From the NCBI RefSeq assembly GCF_006345805.1, contig NC_043006.1, forward strand, positions 46,500,001-46,564,000: DNA of 64,000 nt, given 5' to 3'. The stretch is from Octopus sinensis (taxonomy: Eukaryota). The notes beneath the pieces were generated by a model that saw only the letters and a list, made by a program, of their open reading frames with translations, was not told the DNA's origin and made no database searches. Below are positions 12,592 through 25,657 of the stretch, in pieces. The translations under genes were made by a program, and so were the position numbers. Each line of letters begins with the position of its first letter. Within the stretch, counting starts at the first letter, position 1.

Positions 12592-13594
12592 AAGTCCTAT
12601 CCTGGGATGGTTTGAACTCAGAATGTAAAGGGACGTAACTAAAGATCAGTGTGGGGTATGACTGAACAGACTCTGCCAACCAAGGTTTTTAGGTCCTTTT
12701 TAATAACAATGCTGTAGATTACACACAATTTGTATTATATGATCGCATGTTGTTATATAATCTAGTGCTAAATTCCAATGATGGTGTTACACAGTTAGCA
12801 TACTGCTGTTAAATGAGAAGCTGAAGAGTAATTGAAAGAAGAAATACTTTTAAAATAAATGACGTTTGGTTCTCGAAATTTTAATTTACTTTACATTATG
12901 CATTGCAGTGTAATGGTAAGAACACATGTGAAATATTGAAATCGAATAGGAACTTAACAATTAAATAAGTAAAAACGAACAACATATAAAAGTAGGAACA
13001 CGGAAATAAATGTAACTACGACAAACAAAATCGGAAAAGAGAATGAAATGAAAGCGTAAGAAGAGAACCGACTGAGCTAAATAGATAGGAACAAATAATA
13101 ATAATAATAGAAAAAAAAACAATAATATAATTAACTGAAAATAATGTTCAGAAAAAAATATTCTTAGAAAAGCAGGAGTTGGGAACTGAAGATTAAGGAG
13201 ACGGTCAAAACGGCTCCAATTCTGACGTGAATGATAGCAACAACGCGTGATTAGAGTTTTTTAACAAGAGGCAGATATCAAAATATCAGACATTTCTGGC
13301 GTGCCTCATTATTTAACGAAATGCAAAAGTCAATCAGTATTCTGTGTAACTTTATCGCTATTACTTCTAAATTATTTTGGCTTTCATGTGGTTGTTGAGA
13401 TGTTTTAAAATCGAAATCAATTCTATTTTAGTCCGTTTTTCTTCAAGGATTTTTTGTTTTTTTTTGCTATTATTTCTTCAAACGTCCAAAGCAATTATCA
13501 TAATTTATGTTGCTGCATGGATTATATGCATTTTATTACTTATATAGAATGATACAGTTATACATGACACTCACACGCATAGTTTTATTATAAA

Positions 13595-14110
13595 CTAGCA
13601 GTATCGCCCGGCGTTGCTCGGGTTTGTAAGGGAAATAACTATATAAGCATTTTTAGGGAGTTACTTCCTTTATAGATGCCAATTCGGGCTTTCTTAGCCA
13701 TTTCTGTTTTGGTGTCTTCAAGCCATGAAGTCGTTGTTCTAAAAGAACGCTGGTCTCCTTGACAACGCATTACGACGTTGATTTCCTTAAACTCCCTTCC
13801 CCACATCTTCACGAGGGAGGGAAGAAGGGGAAGAAGCAACACAGGTGCAGGTGTTTGAGCGTGGACGCCAACTCCGCCGCCATCGACACACGAAAAATTA
13901 TGCATTAAAATGGAATAAAAAATGATGTTAAATTATTTTTAAAATCGTAGACTCATCGTAGACACGCGCTAATAGCCAGACGGGCTCGATATTAATCACG
14001 ACTATAAGATACCCGAATTTGGTTAAACTGCACCGCAAAATGTGGGAGGAGTTAGGAATCTAAATCGTAGGAGACAGACACTCACACAACTACAGTTTTA
14101 TATATATGGA
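13595..14110 (-). mobile_element. Non-autonomous Helitron
   Basis: Minus strand starts a|TCCATATATATATAAAAC and ends with the hairpin cccgagcaacgccggg, then cgatactgCTAG|t: 5'-TC, 3'-CTAG, subterminal hairpin, A|T insertion site, no TSD. The 5' end overlaps the start of the adjacent SINE C. Confidence 0.8.
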
Positions 14111-14284
14111 TGTGGCTGTGTGGTAAGTAGCTTGCTTACCAACTACATAGTTTCTGGTTCATTCCCACTGCGTGGCACCTTGTGGTAAGTGTCTTCTACT
14201 ATAGCCTCGGGCCGACCAATGGCTTTGAGTGGATTTGGTAGACGGAAACTGAAAGAATCCCGTCATATATTATGTATATATGTA

Positions 14285-14326
<42 letters not shown>

Positions 14327-14344
14327 TATATACATATTATATAT

Positions 14345-14388
<44 letters not shown>

Positions 14389-14615
14389 GTGTGTGTGTGT
14401 GTTGTAAATGTTTGTGTGTCTGTATTTGTCCCCCCAACATCGCTGACAACCGATAGTGGTGTGTTTACGTCCCCGTAACTTAGCGGTTCGGCAAAAGAGA
14501 CCGAAAGAATAAGTACTGGGCTTCCAAAGAATAAGTCCTGGGGTCGATTTGCTCGACTAAAGGCGGTGATCCAGCATGGCCGCATTCAAATGACTGAAAC
14601 AAGTAAAAGAGTAAA
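14108..14615 (+). mobile_element. SINE family C
   Basis: Full-length match to family C. Confidence 0.9.
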
Positions 14616-14989
14616 GGGTAAAAAGGGGATTCAAGGAAAAATCTAAGCGTTGTTGACGTTACGAGTGTAAACTCTTCTTCAGAAAACTTAAATAATAAGA
14701 GGGAAGAAGCATGTCTTGCCTCTAGATATATCTAAGCACAAAAACACTAAGAAACGCACATAGGCGCATACACACTGATACACATACAAACACACGCTTA
14801 TTACTCTAGGGCAGTTTGTAACAAAAATATATATCTGTGTATTACATGATTACAAATGAAAATTGTTTTTCTTTATAAATGTTTTTCTCACCAAAGTCTT
14901 ATAACTCATAATAAATAATAATATTATAAATATTCTGTTATCATTCTTTAGAATGATAGAATAAATATTCTTAGGATGATAGAATAAGT

Positions 14990-15440
14990 ATAGGTACAAC
15001 GCTTGCAATTTTGTGGGGAGCTGGCTAGCTGATTTGATCGACTCTAGTCCTCAGCTAGTATTTATTTCATTGTTATCGAAAGAATGGAAAGCAAAGTACA
15101 CCACGGTGAAATTTCAACCGAGAACGTAAAGACGGATGATATACATCTGAGTGTCTTGTCCGGCGTGCGAACGATTCTGCCAGCTCACCCCCTTAATGAT
15201 AAAATGAATGGTTCAAAACTGTTCGACGTTACAACTAGATGAATACTTAAGTATACTATATTCATTTCTACTCTAGGCTCAGGGACCGAATTTTTGGGGA
15301 GGAGGCAAGTCGATTACATCGACTCCAGTACGCGAATGGTACTTAATTTATCGACCTCGAAAGGATGAAAGGCAAAGTTAACCTTGGCTGAATTTGAACT
15401 CAAAACGTATAGACAGAAGAAATACTGCTAAGCTCGCCAC
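14990..15440 (-). mobile_element. Two SINE family A copies (old 14990-15195, younger 15262-15440)
   Basis: Reverse-complement matches to the family A body and head. Confidence 0.75.
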
Positions 15441-15563
15441 CTTGCATAAGGACATTTTATTGTTTCCTAGATATGTACGGCCATAAGAAAGTATAGAGGA
15501 ATAAACAATGCTAAATATAATGTATATGTATATATATATATATATTATATATATATATATATA

Positions 15564-15609
<46 letters not shown>

Positions 15610-15693
15610 ATATATGCATTGTTATTGGTGTACTCGTGTATGCTTATATAAATATAGGTACATACAGCCATATATATATATATCATATATATA

Positions 15694-15758
<65 letters not shown>

Positions 15759-15857
15759 TAGATAGATAGATAGGGTTATGCATATATAAATATAGGTACA
15801 TATATATATAACATATATATAGGGATATGCATATATAAATATAGGTATATAGATATA

Positions 15858-15889
<32 letters not shown>

Positions 15890-16446
15890 GAATATGATTA
15901 AATAAATATATATTACTAATAACCTAGTATAGAAAGTATTTGTAAGTTTTTAATTTTTCATGATAATTTATAGTATTGTGTTCTAGTGCACTCTTCGCAA
16001 TATATGAAATATTACATATTCTATGGATGTACTGGTACCCGGCATATATTAATTTTATTGTATCGCATTATCTTTGTTTACATAGTCTTCGAAATTTCTA
16101 ACCGTAGACGATATACAATCCCCTAGTGTGTTTAGTGCAGGTTTTGATACTAGAAAGAGCATTTTCGATAGGCACATTATTGATATGGTCTATATAAGGA
16201 TCTTACTGAAGATAGCCTGAGTAAATAATATAATTTTTTATTACTGATTTGGGGAAACTGCATATACGAAAAGTTAGTTTGTAAAATTTTTAATTTTTCA
16301 TCTCATAAATTTTATCCAGCTATTGTGTATGTGCATCTCGCCTTGAATGTATGATATATGTATATATATATGGCGTGTACTGGTACACCCTCGATTATAA
16401 TTATTTTATTGTATCGCATATCTTTGGTTTTATATAATATAATATA

Positions 16447-16490
<44 letters not shown>

Positions 16491-16666
16491 ATATATATAA
16501 TATATATATATAGATATATATATATATATTATATATATATATATATATAATATATATATATATTATATATATTATATATAATATATATATACCATGTAAG
16601 TGCATAAATATGGATAAGGTAGAAAAGATAGCACTCGATTACCGGAGGCAGCAGAAACATCACAAG

Positions 16667-16709
16667 GACTGTTACTCAGAGTTTCACGTTCCCGTTTTGT
16701 CGGACGGTC
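16667..16709 (-). ncRNA. Hammerhead motif family HH-b, core-mutated
   Basis: Minus: gaccgt CCGACAA aacgggaacgt GAA ACTCtGAGT A acagtc; stem I 5 of 6 pairs; core deviates from CUGANGA. Confidence 0.6.
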
Positions 16710-16749
16710 TTAGCAATTTAAAACCTAAAGGCAAGTTTTTAAACGTCTC

Positions 16750-16799
16750 CCAAAAACTGCCTGACGAACGGGAAGTGAAACTCTGAGTAACATTTTTGG
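16750..16799 (+). ncRNA. Type I minimal hammerhead motif family HH-b, core intact
   Basis: ccaaaaactgc CTGACGA ac gggaa gt GAA ACTCtGAGT A acatttttgg. CUGACGA and GAAA intact, GUA triplet, stem III ACUC/GAGU, stem I about 9 bp with a bulge and a proximal mismatch. Confidence 0.75.
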
Positions 16800-16853
16800 T
16801 GTGGTTTTTGCAGCTTTGTCAATAAAGTTTCTATATATATATATATATATATT

Positions 16854-16912
<59 letters not shown>

Positions 16913-17487
16913 ATATATTGTATATATACATATATATTTCTATACGTGTAAAGTACAGTTCTAGAAAAAAATCAGTTGGTTTTCATATCTAGCGTGAACT
17001 AGACATATCTCCAGTTTCTCTCAACGATAAGTGTTCTCTGCAAAGAATGTTTTTTAAACACAAGAATGCCGGTGATAGTTGAAGAAATATTCCTCCGAAA
17101 ACATTATTCCTTCGCTTGATAGCTAGGTTTTTCAATTTTGAAGTAAAAACTTCCGAAAATATGGACAACTCCCCCACGGCTTCCCTCCTGGGGTTCACGT
17201 AGCCTCCTGGCTCATGTGAATTTATAAGGATTATGTATCTTTCTGCCATGCACAATATACATAGTCTTGTTCCATTGTGATAGGGTCCACAAGTTTTCAG
17301 TAATTAATTTCCACCTATGCTCGTTCTTTAGACGTCATACGTATGCTGCGAGTGTTATGTTGCATCACTCCGGGACCTTGAAAGATCTGTGGTTGTTCAG
17401 GCTAATTTTATATATCGCATTCATAGCAACCGTAAATGTTATATTGATCTCTACTATTTCCTTCTGTTTAACTCTCTCGTATCATCC

Positions 17488-17527
17488 CTGATGATGGGAT
17501 GTCCTTTATATTCCCGAAACAGCAGTA
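17488..17527 (+). ncRNA. Hammerhead motif family HH-c (degenerate)
   Basis: CTGATGA t ggga tgtcctttatat tccc GAA ACAGCAGT A. Stem II ggga/tccc; stem III is one change from the palindrome ACAGCTGT; stem I pairing is lost. Confidence 0.55.
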
Positions 17528-19541
17528 AGACTACCTCTATCTTTATAAATGTCTTAGAAAATTTACACTGTCCTGGCTTTGTTGCCTCATTTTATTCAAC
17601 GTACCCACATGCGCATGCACACACACACATATATTTATTTATTTATATATATCCATAAATATAAATTTTTCCCTTAGAATGTTTTCACGCTGATTACTTG
17701 ATAAATTCTTATAAAGAATTTATTTAAATTTTAAATCTAACCGGAATATATTCAGTGCTGAATTATTTTGAATATACCCGTGTACCAAGATGCAATTAAA
17801 AAAACCCTGCCCCTTACATAGATATATAAGAGTGAGCATCTCTACATACTATGTTGGATACATTTGGTTTTTGTCTGATGTGTTGATTTGTTTATTTTTT
17901 GTGTCTTTATTATGCCTGCACTGAGGATTAGAAAGTGGATTATGTACACTAACTATGAAATCATATGATATGCTGCTGATTCTGTTTTTAAGGGGTTGGC
18001 TTCGAAAGTTGCATTCCCTCGCGTTCGGTAGACTGTGTATTAATTATGATAGTTTTGACTTTAAGAGTCCCTACCCTTAATATAAATAAAAAATTTATAT
18101 GCATACATACGAAACAAGTGAACTTGTAGGAGCGTTAACGACCTCGATAAAATGCTTAGCGGTAGGCATTTTTTCCATGCTGCTGAAGTCAAATTTGCTT
18201 TTTATTCTTCGGTCTAGAAAAGTAAATATCAGCCGAGTACTGGGATATTGTAATCGACTAAACTCTTTCCTAAACTTCGACGACGATCGTCCACCGTATT
18301 TTCGTTAGTTGAGTAGAATAGAGCGACGTGAAATGAAGTGTTTTGCTCAGGGACACAACGCATCGTCCGGTCGAGGAATCGATACAGCAATTTGATGATA
18401 ACGAATGCTACATACTTAACCACTACGCTACGCGCCTTAACATTTATATACACGTATACACACATACACACATACATAAGCATATATACACAAACACATA
18501 TAAACAAAATGCACAATCACACACACAAATATATACATACCAACACACAGATACACATAAATTGAACAAACACTCATAAACAAATATATAAACAAACGCA
18601 CGCAACTATAAACAGATATATAAAAATTAAAGTATTCACTCAGACATATATATACAAATATGCTCACAGTAGACACATGCCTCTAAAACGTACACACATA
18701 TGTATACATACATACATACACACATACACTCACTCATATGTACACACATATATACACATGTACGCAGGTTTGTGTGGTGTGTTTCATTTGTTGTGATGAT
18801 TTTTACAGCTTTTGAAGTTTAACTATTTCATGATGGACGGCCGAGTGTATCACTGACGTATCTTTGACTCATTTTAGAGTTTTACGTTCCTTTGGTTTCT
18901 TTCATTTATTTTTCCTTATCAATTTAACTTATCAGGACTTTCGTGTGTGCCGGATGATATGTTTATATTGCATCAGATATTCGTTCATTAGTTGTAACTA
19001 GTAGCAGATGGCTGGTCAGTGTACATTACTAAAGTTTCTGTTACTGCAGATACCAGGCGCAGAGAAATGCTTTATTTATTGAACAGGCCAATGTATATCT
19101 TTTGATCTTAGTAAAACTAGAAAGGTTACGTAAATCTTTATTAAATGAGGTCTGTGTTACGTTTAATCAAAGATATGCTCTACAGTTTCTCTTTCTAAGT
19201 AAACGTTATTTTACAAATACTTAATAGCAATAAACATTTTACAAGTACATTTACACATAAACGCATTCAAACACACTTGTGTATAAATATATTCACGCAC
19301 GCAAACTAAACAACAAACAAGTCCGTTGCTAAACAGAAACTTTTATATTAAATTTCGTTTATGTGACTCTACATTCTACGTTCAAATTCCGCCAAATCTA
19401 ACTTTGATTTTTTATCATATTGTGGTCCAAAAAATGGAGTACGAGTGCTGATAGTCGATTCCAGCTACTAAACCCTTAATCTCAAACCGACTTGGGTCTA
19501 AATCGGAAACAATGTTGTATCAGTCTAGTATCGGAATCCCA

Positions 19542-19609
<68 letters not shown>

Positions 19610-19635
19610 GCCTACTTCATTATTCCTAGATTGTG

Positions 19636-20158
19636 AAGGCGGCGAGCTGGCGGAAACGTTAGCACGCCAGGCGAAATGCGTAGCTGTATTTCGTCTGCCG
19701 TTACGTTCTGAGTTCAAACTCCGCCGAGGTTGCCTTTACCTTTCATCCTTTCGGGGGCAATTAAATAAGTACCAGTAACACACTGGGGTCGATATAATCG
19801 ACTTAATCCGTTTGTCTGTCCTTGTTTGTCCTCTCTGTGTTTAGCCCCTTGTGGGTAGTAAAGAAATAGGTATTTCGTCTGCCGCTACGTTCTGAGTTTT
19901 AATTCCGTTGAGGTTGACTTGCCTTTCGGGGTCGATAGATTAAGTATCAGTTGCGTACTGGTGTCGATCCAATCGACTGGACCCCTCCCCCAAAATTCCG
20001 ATCCTTGAGCCTAGAGTAGAAAAGATTATTTCTAGATTGTGAGGCGGGGAACTGGCAGAATCTTTAGCATGCCGGGCAAGATACGAAACGACATTTCGTC
20101 CGACTTTACATTTTGAGTTCAAATTTCGCTGAAATTGACTTTTGCCATTCATCATTTC
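19636..20158 (+). mobile_element. SINE family A dimer plus a truncated third copy
   Basis: Head ggcggcgagctggcggaaacgttagc; internal restart aaagaaata|ggtatttcgtctgccg at about 19867. Confidence 0.85.
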
Positions 20159-20702
20159 TAGTAGTACGAAAATAAATCACAAACGAAATACAATATACAA
20201 ACGAAATAAAGGCCGTAAGGCTCAGAAACAAAGGTGTCATGTTACTGTTTAATTTTCGAATCTTTTTTAAAGCAATACAACGCCCACGTGTTTTGTCTCT
20301 CTACCTAGCAGTAATATCTTATGCGAGGTATCTTTCTTTCTCTTTTATCTTCCTCTCTCTAGTTCTCGCTCGCTGTTGCTTTCTGTCCAACACTTTTTTC
20401 TCTCTTTCCTTCCACAATCCTGTGAGCCGTGACTATTCTATCTGTGTCCTCTTTCTTCCTTCGCTTTGTCGCCTATTCGTTCAATCACGCTTCTCTTAGG
20501 TTCAACTAGCAATGGGTGGTTTGTTTCTTAACCGCTCTATCTTTCCATCTCTACTTTCCATTTCTAGTCCTTAAGGACATTTACCTTCTGTTACCTACTC
20601 ACACGTCTTGTCCGACCTTTGTTTCTGAGCCGTAAGGCCTTATTTCGTTTGCATATTATATATGTTATTCCGTTTGTATATATATTTATATTCGTACCAC
20701 TA
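20159..20702. mobile_element. MITE-like element with about 85-bp imperfect TIRs
   Basis: tagtagtacgaa..aggctcagaaacaaagg versus ccttgtttctgagcc..ttcgtaccacta; pyrimidine-rich interior; no TSD visible. Confidence 0.6.
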
Positions 20703-21095
20703 CTTGCATCGTTTGCTTTCCTCACTCTCCCCAAAGTTCATTCAGTATTCCCAGCAGTTTTTAACAGCTGACGCCACCAAAGAAGAACAATATTATCGCT
20801 AATGGCGTGAACTTTTTCGACGATAACTGAGGAGGAATAAGCATGTCTACATCCCGTGTGTGTATTTTCCATTCGTTGTGCCGTGTTACTGTTCAATTTG
20901 TGAAACTTATTATGTTAAGTAACGCCATGCTCACATAATTTTGTCTCACTACATAGCAGCATATGTGTGTGTGTGTATATGTGTATATGTATGTATGTAT
21001 GTATATATGTATGTGTGTATGTATGTATGTATGTATGTATGTATGTATGTATGTATGTATGTATATATATATATATATATATGGTGGTGGTGGAA

Positions 21096-21410
21096 GCACT
21101 CCGTCGGTTACGACGATGAGGGTTCCGGTTGGTCCGAATCAACGGAACAGCCTGCTCGTGAAATTAACGTGTAAGTGGATGAGCACTCCACAGACACTTT
21201 GAAATACAGGTACAACAGAAACAGGAAGTAAGAGTGAGAGAAAGTTGTGGTGAAGAGTACAGCAGGGATCACCACCATCCCCTGTCGGAGCCTCGTGGAG
21301 CTTTAGGTGTTTTCGCTGAATAAACACTCACAACGCCCGGGCTGGGAATCGAAACCGCGATCCTATGACCGCGAGTCCGCTGCCCTAACCACTGGGCCAT
21401 TGCGCCTCCA
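21096..21410 (-). mobile_element. tRNA(Arg)-like-headed SINE family G with the family B tail 2
   Basis: Minus head ggcgcaatggcccagtggttagggcagcggacTCGcggtc..ggtttcgattccc; tail gtctgtggagtgctca..ggaaccctcatcgtcgtaaccgacggagtgc is shared with 63685-63987. Confidence 0.85.
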
Positions 21411-21412
21411 CA

Positions 21413-21499
<87 letters not shown>

Positions 21500-21500
21500 C

Positions 21501-21682
21501 ATATTATTATTGAATGGAAGAAATGGAGTGAACGAAGATGTACAGAATTCCTTTTATTACATTGTACACATGTTTCAAAGGCCACAAATTTCAAATTCGT
21601 GGCCTTTGAAACATGTGTAGAATGTAATAAAAGAAATTCTGTACAATCTTCGTTCAACTCCATTCTTCCATTCAAATAATAT
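21501..21682. repeat. Near-perfect palindrome, about 85-bp arms, 13-nt centre
   Basis: ..acacatgtttcaaaggccac aaatttcaaattc gtggcctttgaaacatgtgt.. with arms extending to 21501 and 21682. Confidence 0.9.
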
Positions 21683-22069
21683 TAAACTTCAATTATCCGC
21701 ACAACGCACGGTTGCAACACCAAATGGTCTTATCTCCAACCGTGTCGTTCTGCTGTGATTTTGCTTTTGTAAACTACCCAAAGGTATCGGTTAAACTTTT
21801 GAATAATCTGTAACAAGAAAATTCATCTTTCTATTTCAACATATATATATAATATATATAATAATATATATAGTATATAATATATATTAATATGTCTACT
21901 CATGTTGGTATGTATATGTATAATATATCATATATATTAATAAAAAGAATTCCAACCTTGTCTGATTTTCACGTTTTATTTACAATCTTATAATGATATA
22001 TTATCAAGAAATATATTATAATTGAATAAAATAAAATGAAATAGTATAATGTTAAATATTCATTCTGAT

Positions 22070-22112
22070 TGAACTAGTACTTTCATGCATTGATTCTGCA
22101 ATCTTCGGTTCA
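22070..22112 (-). ncRNA. Hammerhead motif family HH-d (one core nucleotide deleted)
   Basis: Minus: tgaac C-GAAGA t tgca gaatcaa tgca t GAA AGTACT A gttca. Stem I tgaac/gttca, stem II tgca/tgca, palindromic stem III, CUA triplet. Confidence 0.6.
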
Positions 22113-22213
22113 TGTAAGTAGTGTTTGACAGTCATGCTTCAACAATTTTTGACTGTGTAACAGTATATATATTATAAATACACTTTATTTAAAAGCAGCA
22201 GAAACATAACAAA

Positions 22214-22256
22214 AGCTGTTACTCAGAGCTTCACGTTCCCGTTCGTCGGACAGTTC
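22214..22256 (-). ncRNA. Hammerhead motif family HH-b, mutated
   Basis: Minus: aactgt CCGACGA acg ggaa cgt GAAG ctctgagt a acagct. GNRA-capped stem II, with U4C and A15.1G changes. Confidence 0.6.
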
Positions 22257-22439
22257 GTATATAGCACCCCTTCTGTTACATTTCGGTCTTCGCCTTTTTT
22301 CTCTTACTCTATCTTACTAGTTCTGTCTCGAATCACTCGGCTCATATTTCTTCACTTTTACATCCCCCCCCAACCATTCACATATTTACTCTTATTATAA
22401 TTTACTTTTTCCCTTCTTTCTTATCACCCATATTTTCCT

Positions 22440-23110
22440 TTTAAAATGTGTTTTTATATTGTTTTTTTTTTACCTACGATTTTCGTTTTCTTTTCGCTGA
22501 CTTTTCCTTTACCTCCTCCCCTGCCTTATAATTCTTCTCCATCCCTTTATACATCACCAATCCTCCCACCTCTTTATCTCGTCTTTATCACCCCCCTACA
22601 TCCCTTTCCCAACGCCTACATTTTATTTCTCACGATTCCACTATTTCCTCACATTTCTCACCCTCTCTCTCTCTCTCTGTCACTCTCTGTCACTCTCTGT
22701 CACTCTCTGTCCTTCTCTCTCTCTCGTTGATCTGGTCTCACCCATCCCCACTTCATGATTCTCCTTCAGAATTACAGCACTCTATCTTAAGCTTTACTCC
22801 ACTAATTTATCTAACTTCATTCTGGATTTCTTTTTGTTCCTTTCTTATTTTCTCCTTCACCCCTTGTTCCTTCGTTTGTCCATTTCTTTCTTTCTTCCTT
22901 CCATCCTTCCTTCTTTTCTTTCTTTCTTCCTTCCTTTATTTCTTTCTTTCTTCCTTTCTTTCTTTACTTATGCATTTATTTCTCTGTTTCTCTCCCACTA
23001 TTTATCTTCCTTTCTTTCATTCATTTATTGATGCTTCCTTTCTTTCATTCATTTATTGATGCTTCCTTTCTCTCTCTTTATTTCTGTTATTGTTTCTTTC
23101 TTTCTCTATC
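22440..23110 (+). repeat. Long polypyrimidine low-complexity tract
   Basis: C/T-dominated with (CT)n and (CTTT)n runs. Confidence 0.85.
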
Positions 23111-23917
23111 CATCAATTCCTAGAGCCGATCGACCAGGTTCTTAAGATGAGTCACTTTTGTCCTAAGATTAGGGACTTTCCAGTTATTTTCACTTTTTGC
23201 CACCATCACCCTTTATAATATTGTGATTAAGATGCAGAAAGGATATAACAAGTATTCGCTTTCGCTAACATCCAATGAATCCCCGAATATGCCTGTCGGT
23301 CATTGACGCTTGATCACTGTGTTATTTTCATTTCTGCAGCATCGTTCCAAAATTAAAAGATTACCGTAATTTCGTCTAAAAGAAAACGTGCGTTCGAATG
23401 TGGCGGCAGGTTTAAAAGGTGTTTGAGCGCGAAAGAAAATGAAAATGATGAAGGTCGGATGAGAAAGATTGGAAAAGAGATTGTTCATGCGTGTGCATAC
23501 GCATGTGCGAACAATACTTCGTATGAGCAAGGGGTGGATGGTGAAGATGCCTGTGTGTGTATGTGTAAGACACCTAGGGATTAAAATATACAGATGCAAT
23601 GGAAATAGATTCGGTGTGCTATATGTAAGTTTCTTTGAATTAATAATGTTATGGGCGCTAACTTCGTGTGTGTACGTAAACAAATATATACACTTTGCTC
23701 CCTTCTGTGTTTATGTATACACATACAAATATATACACACATGCATGCATTCACACACAATAACACAAATATGTGTGTGTCTATATGTATATATATATAT
23801 ATGTATGTATGTAAATATATATATATGTGTATATAAGCATGTATGTATACAGACACACGCATATATATGGGCATGTACACATGCACACAAACGCATATGT
23901 GTGTGTATATATATATA

Positions 23918-23964
<47 letters not shown>

Positions 23965-23984
23965 CATATGTATTTCTATATATT

Positions 23985-24033
<49 letters not shown>

Positions 24034-24657
24034 ACACATATATATATATATATAAAACAGAAACCATATTATGGATCCATAATTTATATGTATATATATG
24101 TGGATATACATATATCAATGCTTGTAGGTATATATACATACATGCATACATATGCACATAAACATGTACATATATATGAGTGTTCGTGTGTGTGTGTGTG
24201 TACATGTGAGTGTATACATATATGCACACATACGCACAAAGATATGTTGGTGTCTGTTTGATTGTCTCTGTGTTTATGTATCTGGATATGAATCATTTGC
24301 GTAAATGCATATAACTCCGACTATGCGAATACAGTGTTGTTTAAGTATGTCAGTTTATATACATGCATCTGTGGTAACTTCATGTGAACATCCTGCATAT
24401 GTGGGTTTCGCGAGCTGTTTCTGTGCAGAGGTATAAGATTATAATCGTTTGCATTGCGTACGTGTCCCTCTCACTTTACGTCAGTGTGTGCGCTCCCAAG
24501 AATTACGTAACGTTAATGAGTATGTATGAAATTGGAAAATACAATCATGTTCACAGTCGATGGTCTTCTAGTGTAGTCATTTCCTTCATCGTTACCGTAT
24601 ATGATCTGCTCTTTGTATTTGCATTTCCACGCTCCTGTCTGTCTCTATCATCATCAC

Positions 24658-24707
<50 letters not shown>

Positions 24708-24989
24708 CCACAAGTATCATAAGTATTACAGGCATCGTTATTTTCTCAAATTTTCCATACCATGTTGAGCTGCACTCCTTGCAGTTTTAGAACGGTCAAA
24801 ATGCTTTAGTTCTAGTTCGACCTAAACCTCGAACTATACACTATTATGAACCAGATGACTAACGGTGTGTTCAACATCACCCAGCAATGTCTGGTTAGGC
24901 GGTTTATTTGCTTGGACACCGTCCGAAATCAGGACATCAATGACATCCTGTGTAGATGCATAAATGCATGCGGACAAACATAGAAAGAA

Positions 24990-25225
24990 GGCGGTGAGCC
25001 GGCAGAAACGTCAGCACGCCGGGCGAAATGCGTAGCCGTATTTCGTCTACCGCTACGTTCTGACTTGAAGTTCCGCCGAGGTCGACTTTGCCTTTCATCC
25101 TTTCGGGGTCGATTAAATAAGTACCAGTTACGCACTGGTGTCGATGTAACCGACTTAATCCCTTTGTCTGTCCTTGTTTGTCCTCTCTATGTTTAGCCCC
25201 TAGTGGGCAATAAAGAAATAAGAAA
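24990..25225 (+). mobile_element. SINE family A
   Basis: Full head, body and tail 1. Confidence 0.9.
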
Positions 25226-25284
25226 TATAATACACAAACACAGATACACATACATCAATGTATATATATATATATATATAATAT

Positions 25285-25325
<41 letters not shown>

Positions 25326-25327
<2 letters not shown>

Positions 25328-25585
25328 CTTTACTTCTTGTACTTTTTCAGTCATTTGACTGTGGTCATGCTGGAGCACTACCTTCAGTCGAACAAATGAA
25401 CCCCAGAACTTATTCTTTGTAAGCCTAGTACTTTATCGGTCTCTTTTGCAGAACTGCTAATTTACGGAGACATAAACACACCAACATCGGTTGTCAAACG
25501 ATGGTAAGGAGACTGACACAGACGCACAAGCATATAAATATATATATATATACATATATAAATATACATATCCAACGGGCTTTAT
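25326..25585 (-). mobile_element. SINE family C, 3' half
   Basis: Reverse complement of the family C tail and internal repeat. Confidence 0.85.
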
Positions 25586-25626
25586 ACATATATATTTAAA
25601 TACATTCATATAATCATACATATCAT

Positions 25627-25657
<31 letters not shown>

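Larger units (their letters stand above)
15520..16940. repeat. Interrupted (AT)n tracts (15520-15900, 16440-16590, 16830-16940)
   Basis: Directly visible. Confidence 0.9.

Noticed and set aside
21330-21410. tRNA-like sequences here and at other SINE heads
   Set aside because: They continue into SINE bodies and lack a complete acceptor stem, so they are not tRNA genes.
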